64,000 nucleotides of DNA from Felis catus (lineage: Eukaryota). Location of the stretch: the NCBI RefSeq assembly GCF_018350175.1, contig NC_058368.1, positions 17,858,001-17,922,000 on the forward strand, given 5' to 3'. Position 1 is the first letter of the stretch. Every line of letters begins with the position of its first letter. This document shows, one piece after another, positions 38,208 to 49,702 of this stretch. Position numbers and translations under genes: made by a program. Below the pieces are notes generated by a model. That model saw only the letters and a list, made by a program, of their open reading frames with translations, was not told where the DNA came from and made no database searches.

Positions 38208-39835
38208 AAGAAGTGACGTGCCCAAAGACTTCTAGAGTGACTTCAGGTTTTGCCCACTTTTCCTTAAGAGTCCGGGATTTTTCCAGAAAGCAAAATAAAG
38301 CTTGAGACATACAAGGCCATAAGTCAGCATCAGGAAACAAGGTCATGCATTTTACAGCCTATGATCCAAACACAATGCTGTGCCAAACTGGCCTTTAGTC
38401 ACTTGAATGGACATAAAATGTGCCCTGGCTGACACTTTATTTTTACCATTTGCCCTTATGGCAAGATAAAGGCTGTCCTTTCCCTTCCCGGGAATTTCTC
38501 TCTGGCTTAACAGCCTCCTAAATGCTTGCCTTTGTTTGATAATCATTTGAAGGTATTGCTTTAAATCACTTGTCTCCCTGTCTCATTTATCTCTGCCCGG
38601 CAGCAAAGCAGCTCCCTAGCGATCTGTGCTGAGGTAGGTGATTAGCTGGCTCACTGGTCACCCCCATATTAGCATCAACCTTGTCTTCCTAGCCACAGAC
38701 ACGTGAGAGGTGATGAGGGAAGGCCAGCAGAGACACAGAGTGAAGGAAGTGCTTAAACAAAAAGCGTTATTAATTGAGAAGGGAGACCAGTAATAGAAAA
38801 CATTTGCTTTCATAAAAAATAATAAATTACTATGGGAATACAGTTTCACAGGAGAGAACTGTAGCTAGTGTGTAGTTTCAGATGAATTCATACCTCAAAA
38901 CCAATACATAATCCCAGCATGCCACTCTCTTTATTCATGCTGCTCACTTAATATGTTTACATTGAATTTCAACCAAGAAATTTTTCAAAGCGTTTTTGCA
39001 TTCTAGCATACCCTAGAAGACTCAAGACCGTGGAGGCTAATTACGGGCTCCTATTGTCTAATCCTTCTGGAATAGTCTCCTAGCTGGATTCCTGCGAGCT
39101 TTACATTTGGTGTCTGGGCAGACAAAGTCTTTCACAGCAGCAGCCGCAAAAGTCTTACAGCTATGCCACGCTTCCAGCCGCCTCTAGGAAATGAATGCAA
39201 AACATTTCTCTCCTGGCAAAGGCTTCGTGCCCCTGGAATGAAGAAATTTATTTGCAAGCCATTCTGCCTTCTGCCATGCCAACTTCAAATACCAGACAGC
39301 ACATGACTTATCAGCCCACCCCACACAGGCGTCCTAGTGCTGAACCCAGGCGGCCCACAGCTTGACTTTGCTGGCATGGGGTAACAAATCCCTAGAGAGC
39401 TGCATCTGCTATGCAGGAGATGATCAGCATTGATCTCTATAGGTCTCTCATTTGCAGAGAAAAGATAACGCAGGAGCATGGAGACTTCCCAGAAAGTCCC
39501 ACTGGTGTCGAGGGCCTTTACACACAGCCAGTTCATAAGGACAGCAAAAGGATGACTTCGATGTGACTTAACAGGCTGATGAATGTATAATGCAGGAATC
39601 AACGGGGACTAAAAGAAAACTCATCTGGAGCTAAGACGCTGACATGCTAGACAACGTTGGCCAAGACACTTGACCTCCGTAAACCTCATTTAGCTGAACA
39701 GTAAAACTGAATAAAACAAAAACCTTCACGAAAATCAGATGCTGACTTTAATTTCCCCCGATGAGCTTGCTAGAGTAATTTACAGTCCCAAAGACAATAG
39801 TCAAAACACAGAGCAAACATCAAAAGTGCCAGCAC

Positions 39836-40024
39836 GGTGGCTCAGTAGATTGAGAGTCTGACTCTTGATTTCGTCTCGGGTTGTGATCCCAGGGTCGTGA
39901 GATCGAGCCCCTAGGCAGCTCCACTGACCGTGGAGCCTGCTTGGGATTCTCATTCTCTTTCCCTCTTCCTCTCTCAAACAACAAAACAAAACAAAACAAC
40001 ATCAAGAAAGAAAAAAAAAAAAGG
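39836..40024 (+). mobile_element. Divergent-subfamily carnivore SINE, slightly 5'-truncated
   Basis: TSD aaaagtgccagcac at 39822-39835 and 40025-40038. Confidence 0.92.
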
Positions 40025-40834
40025 AAAAGTGCCAGCACAGGAGGGAGTTCTAGGACTTCAACTGTCCAGCATATTACAAGAAGTCTCTGAAATCGGCCTG
40101 CGTAGCATGCTATTAACGTACAGCGTATTACATGGCTGCAACTGAAATCTTCCCTATTGGAAATATAGTGTGCTATATAATTTTAAGGAGGAAAGGAGGT
40201 TAAAAAAAGAAAAAAAAAGAACCATCCTGATCTCCCTACGTGATCCAAAAATAATACCTTTTCCTAGAAATTGCTTTAAAGAAACCCTACCATGGTGTTA
40301 AAGGAAAGGCCTGCCAAGTGTTCCAAGGGTTCCAAAGAAAAATACTGCAGACTGTAGGGGGTAATGAGAATGTTCACACTTCTACATTATATAATTAGTT
40401 CCTGAGTACCCAGAACTATTTAAAATGCAATTCGCTGATTGGAAAGGAAAAAAAAAAAAAAAGAAAGTACAAAGAGAATAGATGGAGACAGTGCTTGTTA
40501 AGCTGGTGATCGTGCATGGTATAGGAAGGGGAGAAAAAAATAAGGATCCTATCTGCTCACACTCTAAGCATTCAAGACTTTCAAGAGGATCAGATTAAAA
40601 AATGTTCTTTGAAGCCCATTTCACAAATAGACATAGGGTCTTTGGCTGCCTTTTCTTTACTCAAAATCTGAAATAACCTCAAGTAACCCAGGCATTAACC
40701 TTCATCACTACTATCTGTACTGAAGATCTCAAATACAGGTCTCCAGCTCAGATATTTTCAAGATCCAAATTTCCGTCCAACTTTCCTTAACTTCTGGAAA
40801 ATCCCTAGAAGTTGTCTCTATTCTCCCCACACTC

Positions 40835-40960
40835 AGTACCACTGTCTGTCTGGGACAGTTCCAGTCAGTTCCTGCTGTCCCGGGGTAATTATTAATAGTG
40901 CTTCCTTTCACTCTCAGAATGGCCCAGACTGGTGGGATAAATTATCCTGGTGGCATCTAT
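40835..40960. mobile_element. MER94-like hAT-Blackjack MITE
   Basis: tctgggacagttccagtc...ctgctgtcccggggtaattattaatagtgcttcctttcactctca motif. Confidence 0.65.
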
Positions 40961-41103
40961 CCACATTCTCCACCCCTCACAGCACCCACCCCAGCTCGAG
41001 GCAGGCCTGCATTCTCGGCTCTGGCTCAGACTTCTGAGATAATCTATTCACTGGGCTTCCAGTCTCTCTTCCCTTCCTCCGATTCAGCCAGCATAGGTGG
41101 GTC

Positions 41104-41762
41104 ATTTTTTTTTTTTTGGTCTTTATTATTTTTTTTTAATATATGAAATCTATTGTCAAATTGGTTTCCATACAACACCCAGTGCTCATCCCAAAAGATG
41201 CCCTCTTCAATACCCATCACCTACCCTCCCCTCCTCCCACCCCCCATCAACCCTCAGTTTGTTCTCAGTTTTTAAGAGTCTCTTATGCTTTGGCTCTCTC
41301 CCACTCTAACCTCTTTTTTTTTTTTTTTTTTTTTTTGCTTCCCCTCCCCCATGGGTTTCTGTTAAGTTTCTCAGGATCCACATAAGAGTGCAAACATATG
41401 GTATCTGTCTTTCTCTGTATGGCTTATTTCACTTAGCATCACACTCTCCAGTTCCATCCACGTTGCTACAAAGGGCCATATTTCATTCTTTCTCATTGCC
41501 ACGTAGTACTTCATTGTGTATATAAACCACAATTTCTTTATCCATTCGTCAGTTGATGGACATTTAGGCTTTTTCCACAATTTGGCTATTGTTGAGAGTG
41601 CTGCTATAAACATTGGGGTACAAGTGCCCCTATGTATCAGTACTCCTGTATCCCTTGGGTAAATTCCTAGCAGTGCTACTGCTGGGTCATAGGGTAGGTC
41701 TATTTTTAATTTTTTGAGGAACCTCCACGCTGTTTTCCAGAGTGGCTGCACCAGTTTGCATT
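41104..41762 (-). mobile_element. 5'-truncated felid L1 3' end
   Basis: ORF 41371-41814(-) contains the ORF2 C-terminus ([14 protein letters not shown]...DRYHMF); TSD cataggtgggtc at 41092-41103 and 41763-41774. Confidence 0.98.
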
Positions 41763-42545
41763 CATAGGTGGGTCTTTTAAGTGAAAATCTAATCAGGTCA
41801 CCTCCCTGCTTCAATGGCCTTGCCTATTTTCAGAACAAAGTTCAAATGCTTTAGAGTACTAACATTCAAAGTCCTCTGTGAAGCGACTTCATTCGGTAAC
41901 ATCAACATGGTCTTTCCAGACTCACCAACACATGGGTGCTGAAGAGGGAAGGCAGGGAGAGATGCAAATTGAAAAAATTGCTTAAACAAAAAAATATTAG
42001 TAACTGAGAGGAGAGCACAGTAATAATTTTTTTGCATGTTTGTTACATTTTTGTTGAAAAATGTATTACATATTTGTTGAATTTAACTGTATGAGAACCA
42101 CCCCAGTGATAATGACAATGCACTTCCTAGAGTCAGTTTTCTCAAATCCTGAAGTGTTGATAAGCCAACATTTCAGGTCCCAGACAATGTTTTGGTAAAT
42201 AAAAGACAAGAGATCTGGGCCAATCTGGCTACTGTCCCCAGTAGCTGTGTTTTCATAAAACTGTATGCCAGCCTTCTCATATTTAACAACTTAATTTTTT
42301 TTTAAACAACTTATACTTTGAATGTACCAGAGAAGATTTCTATTTGAAATAGCTCTGTAGAAAATCCTTATGCAGGGTAAAGATTCTCTTATAACGTATA
42401 TTTTTCTGTTTGTTAACTTCTCATCTTCCCCAAGTTCTCCAAATCTCTCTAAAACTTTCCGACACCTCACACTGGACCAACCTATAAGGCATCTCAGGAT
42501 GCAAAATGTCTCTGAAGGCTGCACCTGTTTGGTATTTTCTTGAAT

Positions 42546-42715
42546 AATGGTTTCTCAGCTTTGGTACACACTGGAATTACCTGGAGAGTTTTTCAAAAAT
42601 ACAGATGCTTAGGCACCCCACCTGTGATTTAATGAATCAGAATCTCCAGGAATGAGGCCCAAACACGTGTGTTTGCTGATACTCCCTGAGGTGGGACAAT
42701 GTTGAGTAACAGCCA
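42546..42715. mobile_element. MER5-like hAT MITE
   Basis: atggtttctcagctttggtacacactggaattacctggagag...atcagaatctcca. Confidence 0.7.
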
Positions 42716-45015
42716 GTCCAGGACAGAACTCCCAGAGAACTAAAATAAACCAGCAGAACCAAAGCTTATTTGGTTTCAACGTGAAAATGGATTAATAAAT
42801 CAGGTGCTAAGCAAAGTAGCTGCTTGGAAAGTCAAAACCCAAGTATGTAAGACACTAAAAGATGTAAATATTTTACAACTGGGGTTTATTTCTAATAATC
42901 TTGCTTCATACTATCCAAACTAGTCAAATATTACACAATCCTAAAACTATGTCTATACACACTAAGAGCACAGTGGAGGTAAGTAGATTACCAATTTGTG
43001 TACATAAAGAGCTGTTAAGAGAAAGCTGGATGCATAATTCAAACTGGACTTCTGTCTTGATCATGTAAGTTTCACATGATGCACGGAGTTTATTTTATTG
43101 GTTATGATATAGTTGGTCCATAGTACATTTGAAGGACACATTCATCCGTACCAGCAAATGCTAACTTGTGAGCTAACACATCTAACTGAGAAAGCTAGAG
43201 GAAAAGGCCAAAGTCCTACCAACATTTCCATTTTCTTTAGGGCTAAAAATTATGGCGAAAAAAATAAAAGGAGCTATCGTAAAACAAGACACGACTGAAA
43301 GCTATTTGATTTTTTAAAAAAACAAAGCAAAAGAAGTCAGAGCCTCCCTTGTGTCAACTCTCAGCTCTTCCCGACTCATGACCTTCACAAGCTGATTCAA
43401 CTAGGTTTCTCTCCCCAGGGTCACAGTTCAACCTGCCTGTCAAAAGATTTGTCAAATCAATGCACATCACTATAAAATGAGGCTTTCACTCAGAAAGGGT
43501 ACTCAAAACTATTTAGTGGCCTTTTCGAATACTATAACACAACCAGGTTCTAATTCCCTTCAAACCAACCACAATAACAAAAAGCGACCTATTTAGAAGA
43601 GTCAAATCTTGATGACCAGCAATATTCCATCAAAATGAAAATATTGTCGTTAAATGTTTCTACTATGTTACCTCATAACCACAGATCGCAAACATGTCCA
43701 TGGAAAAGTGACATACATAAAATTAAAAATTTTGCAAGCCCAACTGAAAAAACAGTTATGTTTGAGGCGTCTGCTAACAACAGAAATTCTACAATAAATT
43801 CACTTCTAAAGAGTCACTAACTTTTTTATTCTAAGCATTTATACCAGCTAAAATTGTGAAGCTAAGCATGATGTGTGAAAAATAAGTTATCTGGGCTGAA
43901 AATGGCAGCTTTAGTCCATTCCTACTCTTCTCCTTCTTCATTCCTACCTCTCCTATGTCAATAAAAGAGTGAGCATCTACAAATCCTAATCGTTTTCTGG
44001 GGGATAGATAACGTAATATATGAAGCACTCTGGGTATTATTATTTTGTGGGGGAGGGATCATTACCAGAAGAAAAAAAACTGAAATGATGTTAAATCTAC
44101 TCAAAGCAAGTCACTAATGTTGAAACCACTGCCTACAGACCTATGGTGCTCCTAGCTCTTTCAACAACCTCTGCACTCACCAGACGGAGAGATTCATAGG
44201 AATGGTCCACGCTAGAAAGAATTCCTAACCTTGTAAATCGGTGATTTTGGTGGAAAGCAGGATGTATCAGAATCCCCCAAAGGTGCCTTCTCTGTGCAGG
44301 AGTGTAACACCCAGAGCCTGGTCTTTGAAATGGGTTCATTTGATTTAACACCTTTCATCATGTAAAGGGCTATGTAAGATTCAATGACCAATGACTTTGT
44401 CCTTTGTTAAGACACAGGGACGTAGATTTGAAGGGGCCAAATGAAGAATTAAACCCAGCTTCTCAACTGGAACAAACACTGGAAAAACATGACAAGACCC
44501 AGCCTCAAGTGCATCAAGTCAAATCAACCAAAGCTATCTGGGAACATGGCACCCAGTGGTTGTTCTGACCAACCATCATATCAGGGACACCCAATGGGAG
44601 CAAGAGTGTGTCTCAGAAAAAGAATACTGAAAGGGGGGCGTTCAGTTATAAGACCTTGTAGAACATGTAGTTAGCACCAAGGAATTCTAGTGGCAATTCA
44701 CCAAGCAAGGCTCCAATTCCTCCAGGGCAAAAAATAAAATTAAAAAATAAAAAATAAAAAAGCTTAGGTCTTTAAGAAACTGTGATGAACTGGGCAGACA
44801 GTTTGTGAACTCAACTACAGGGAAAGAAAGCAGGACTCGTTATTAAAAGTAGAGTCAAAGGGGACTTTGGCCTTTGATGCTGGTAGAGAAACCAGCTTTG
44901 AAAATGTAGCCACATCAAGGCCAAACAACAGAAAATCATGGCAATGCTGAGCCAAAGAGTATTCACCTCGATCTCCTTAGATCTCTCTTGCCTGAGGTGT
45001 AGATGGTCTCTCACG

Positions 45016-45168
45016 CAGAGATTCTCAACCCTGACTGCCCATTAGAATCACTAATGTCTGGACCCCCTACCAATCTAATCACACCAAACTCTGGGTATAG
45101 AGCATGAGCAATGTTATTTTTTGGCATTCAAGGTGATTTCGTGGTGCAGCCAGGGTTGAGAATGACTG
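45016..45168. mobile_element. MER5-like hAT MITE
   Basis: TIRs cagagattctcaaccctg / cagggttgagaatgactg. Confidence 0.8.
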
Positions 45169-45834
45169 CAGGTCTTGGAAAGGATCACTGGTGGGGCACG
45201 TGCAGTGTCAGCTATAGAGAAAAGGCAACTGAACCCAAAATCAAAAGCACGCTGGGACCCAGGCAGGATCTGAAAACAGAGGCCCGTATTCAAATTCTAC
45301 ATAATCCTAAAACTGGGTCTACACAGACAGCATTTCTGCTCCTTTCTTTTAACAACTGTCTTACCTTCAAAGGTCTGAGGCAGCATAAAGTACCTGCAGC
45401 CTTTTAGAGAGAGCATTGGACAAATCAGACACAGAAACAAAGGCCCTCGCTCAGAGCTTCAATCAATACTTCCTCCAAGTTTGAAGACTCCCTCTTTTTA
45501 AACTACCTCGCTATCCAGGGCTGCATGTTACAATACTTATGTGATCCTTTTAACTTGAATTGAATCTTAGAAAGCAGAACTTCAGAGTGTCCTGAAATAC
45601 CAACGTTAGGTAGAGCCAGGTTCTACTGTTAACCTATCATTTGCTGGACTGTGTGTTTCATGGACAACTCCTGTGACGAAAACGCATTTAGAAGCTAAAC
45701 AATGAGAATCACAAATTTCTCTACTATATATTAAGAACTTCTGGCTCGGTTAGCAGGCTCGTATCATTTGGTCAGTTGCAGCCACAGGATTTTTACATAG
45801 TAATGGGACTGCTGATAAGATATGCTGCGTGTTG

Positions 45835-45836
<2 letters not shown>

Positions 45837-45884
<48 letters not shown>
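45837..45884. repeat. (GT)n microsatellite
   Basis: Uninterrupted GT run. Confidence 0.99.
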
Positions 45885-45885
<1 letters not shown>

Positions 45886-46419
45886 GTTGCTTATTAATCA
45901 TGTCTACACAGACAGCAATGAACTGGACGCTTTCCTCAAATTACAGAAGTAAAATCAGTCATGATAAAGCATCATCATCTCCCTGGTATCGACAGCGTGG
46001 CCTGCTGTGCTGCCACTGGAGCAGTTGAACAATTCTTGACTGTTGACTGATTTTGCTGATAACTTCTTTTCTCAGAAGGTGGAGGAGAGAGGGCTTGTTC
46101 ACTGAGACTTAATTCTGACCGACCAACAAGGACAAGCCAACTAGTGAAGGGCGATGAATGGAATACTGAATGAAGTGGCCCGCTCACTATTCTCTTTTAG
46201 ACCTCCGCTCATTATATCTTGCCCATTCCACCTCTTTTCTAATTATTTTCCCTGTAACCTCTCCCTTACCCCAACCTGCACGCACACACAGCTTCTCACT
46301 AACCCATCACTCTTGCTGCCCCCAGAGTGAGCATTTTGCCATCCAACTTTTGTCGCATCACTTTCCTCCTCCAAAGACAAAAATCTCTCTTCTCTTTAAC
46401 AAGAGAGATTCTGTAGGCA

Positions 46420-46620
46420 TTTCGTAGGCATTGTGTAAGTGCTTAACAAATATTAATCCTACAAAATCCTACAAAATCTTTAAGAGATACTTGACATTTG
46501 AACTTCATTTTGCAGATAAGCAAACCAAGGCACAGCAGGTGTTAATAAGTCACCTAAGGTTGCATGGCTAGGACTCAAGCCCAGGCAGTGTGGCTCCAGA
46601 GTCTGCTCCTGACCAGTACA
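46420..46620 (-). mobile_element. MIR remnant
   Basis: cattttgcagataagcaaaccaaggcacag...ggactcaagcccaggcagtgtggctccagag. Confidence 0.8.
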
Positions 46621-46679
46621 CTGCTGTTAGCATGGCCAAGTGCAAGCTACTTAGCATGACAAAAGTCCCCCATGTCAGT

Positions 46680-47461
46680 TGTAGGGGAGCAAAATTTGCC
46701 ACACCAAACTATGTCTCTTTGGAATGTAGTTTATTTTAGGCTGATATTATTTTTTTTTAATTTTTTTTTTAACGTTTATTTATTTTTGAGACAGAGAGAG
46801 ACAGAGCATGAATGGGGGAGGGGCAGAGAGAGAGAGAGAGACACAGAATCAGAAGCAGGCTCCAGGCTCTGAGCCATCAGCCCAGAGCCCGACGCGGGGC
46901 TCGAACTCATGGACCGCGAGATCATGACCTGGGCTGAAGTCGGACGCTTAACCGACTGAGCCACCCAGGCGCCCCAGGCTGATTATTTTTAAGAAACAGA
47001 AAGCTCCAGGAGAAACTTTGACCTTCTCCCTAATTGCCTAAAAGAATTTAGATAGAGGACCTGCTCCAGAAAGAGAGTTATCACCATGGGTGACTATAGT
47101 ATAACATGAATTAGGTGTGGTAGACAGGGAGGAATATAGCAAAGTCTGTTAGAGTTCTCTCTGTGGCCCATTGTTTCAGGATGGCTCAGCAAACATTTGT
47201 TTACCAAATATTTGCTCTTTTCCATCTTCCTGTGAGTTGTCTTTCTTCCCTTTCACATCCCAGATTCCTACCCCCTTCTCCTTAGCTCTGGATGGCATAT
47301 AAGCCTCAACTGCCTGACTGCCTATAGGACTCATATTCTTATGGACCCCTCATTCATATGTAATTAAGTTAGATTTTCTCCTATTTGTCTTCATGTCAAT
47401 TTAATTCTTAGATCTGCCAGAAGAATCTTGAAAGATAGAGTAAATTTTCTGCTCCCCAACA
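46680..47461 (+). mobile_element. Solo ERV1-class LTR (MER34-like) interrupted by a SINE
   Basis: TG...CA termini with inverted ends tgtaggggag / ctccccaaca; TATA-like catataagc; MER34-like internal motifs. Confidence 0.8.
46750..46975 (-). mobile_element. Young SINE nested in LTR
   Basis: CpG-intact body; aggctgat flanks on both sides. Confidence 0.97.
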
Positions 47462-47782
47462 GTACATGACCACACCTCACCAACATTATACACATCATAC
47501 ACTACACTCTCCCCCTCCACCACGCACCCCATGCTTCCCAAATGAAAGCTTCGGGACTGAGTTCGCTATGGGACTGGATTCTGGAGAACATTTTGCGTCA
47601 AAAAGAAAACATAAAAGGCCTGAGAGAGGAATTCTAAGTGTAGAATTTACTTTTTCATCATTCGCTACCATAGCAGCTCTGCTCTCAAGTAGGTAGAGCA
47701 ACAGAAGGCCCATTTATTTCATAAAAGATAAAAAATCAAGTATAAATTCTAGAATTCAGGCAGGTATTAGAATAAATGAGAG

Positions 47783-48015
47783 GGGGCACCGGGGCAGCTC
47801 AGTTGGTTAAGCATCCAACTTTGGCTCAGGCCATGATGTTGCAATTCGTGAGTTGAGCCCTGCATTGGGCTCTGTGCTGACAGCTCGGAGCCTGGAGCCT
47901 GCTTGAGATTCTGTCTGTCTGTCTCTCTCTCTCTCTACCCCTCACCTGCTCACACTCTGTCTCTCTCTCCTTCAAAAATAAATAAACATTAAAAAAATAA
48001 TAATAAAATTAAAAA
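47783..48015 (+). mobile_element. SINE
   Basis: TSD agaataaatgagag at 47769-47782 and 48016-48029. Confidence 0.96.
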
Positions 48016-48380
48016 AGAATAAATGAGAGAAGAATAGAAAAGAGCTTCATGGAGCTGAGTCTTGAGAGTAAAAAGAAACTCCATAAATGCACTGGGTGAA
48101 CTTCAAAGGAGAGTTAACATTATGGTAACACTGAAAGGGAAAGATGTTTGAAGAGTCATATTAGGGAATGACAGGTGAAGACAGCACATGTCTAAATAAA
48201 AAATAATAAAAATCAAGGGCCAATGATGGGATGGTTGAAATACAAACAGGTCATACTTTAAAGATGTGAAGAATGTACGGATGGGATGAAACATGAAACC
48301 CAAGTTTAGATTAGACAAGAAAGAAGCTAAGGGACCATGCCTAAGGAATGCTGTTTCATCCTTGAGAATTACATTTCCAG

Positions 48381-48457
48381 CAAAGATCTCTTTGGTACCT
48401 ATATTGAAGAAAATACTGACAGGATTTTCTTCAATATAGGTACCAAAGAGATCTTTG
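48381..48457. repeat. Perfect 34-bp inverted repeat with 9-nt spacer
   Basis: 48381-48414 is the exact reverse complement of 48424-48457. Confidence 0.97.
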
Positions 48458-49473
48458 TAGAATATTTAGTATAGACTGGAGTTTCCTCCTAATAAGTATA
48501 GTTTCATCAGTAGTTTTTTAGGAATGATGCAATTCACTAGCAGGGGCTGGAAAAGTGGGTTGGGCTGGGGTTGGGGGATTCTAAGTGGCTCCATAAGAAC
48601 CTCATTTATTAGTACACCTTTCGAAATTCATTACAATTTTGTGCCATGTAATTTGCAGGACTTGAGCATATTTGGAGATGGTATCATTGCCTGACTCAAA
48701 GATTCACTGAGAGGGAAGAGAATGAGACCTTGATTCAACCCTCTGGATCATTCTGCAACTACTGTTTCTATCTATAGACAGTACCTTGGATGACGGGAGA
48801 AAGGTACCTTGACTTTTAGAAAAATCTCTGTCTTCTTTGAGCTAAGAGCACTTTGAAGGAATGGCACGAACATCAGCCATCTGGATTGCCTTTCTCCACA
48901 CCTATTATGCAACAGTGGGTTCAGTGGGAAATGAGACTGTGGGTCCCCTACTCTCATGACCATCAGGAGAGGTGGACCTTAACGCAGCTAGGCACAGAAA
49001 TAATGAACTACTTCTGTGGGAAATGTTACAAGTAAATAGAAAGGGGCACTAAGATAGAGTACAGTTTCTGTCTACGCCTGCAATATACGGAATGATGAGA
49101 CAATCAGCAAAGGAAAGAACACTTCCTGAATTGTTCTATTATTTACCACGTGTGGCAACTTTGCTACAAGGCTGATGAAATTATGGCTAGAAAATAAGCC
49201 CAGCTGACAGAAATGCAAGAGGACACGACTGGCGGAAAAAGAAAAATCCATTTGTGGACCACCTCTGGTAAATGCTCAGGGCATTTGAGTTCTGTATGGG
49301 AGCTGGAGAAGAGCCACAGTCCATGGGCAGAAGGTGGCCAAAGGAGCCGTGAACTGTTTCAAGACTATTTCCAGTCTTGCTGTAACCCCATGAGTGACCT
49401 GCTTCCTTTTTTCCCCACTTTTTATTTATTTGTTTTCAGATGTGAATCATAGTTCTGCTTCTCAGATCCTTTT

Positions 49474-49702
49474 TTCCTTCATTTTTTAAATGTTTATTTT
49501 ATAATTTGGGGGATAAAAAGAGAGACAGAGAGGGAGAGAGAGTGGGGAAGGGGTAGAGAAAGAGGGAGACACAGAATCTGAAGCAGGCTCTAGCCTCTAA
49601 GCTGTCAGCACAGAGCCTGATGAGGGGCTTGAACCCACGAACCATGAGATCATGACCTAAGCCGAAGTCAGATGCTTAACTGACTGAGCCACCCAGGCCC
49701 CC
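49474..49702 (-). mobile_element. SINE
   Basis: TSD tctcagatcctttt at 49460-49473 and 49704-49717. Confidence 0.96.
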
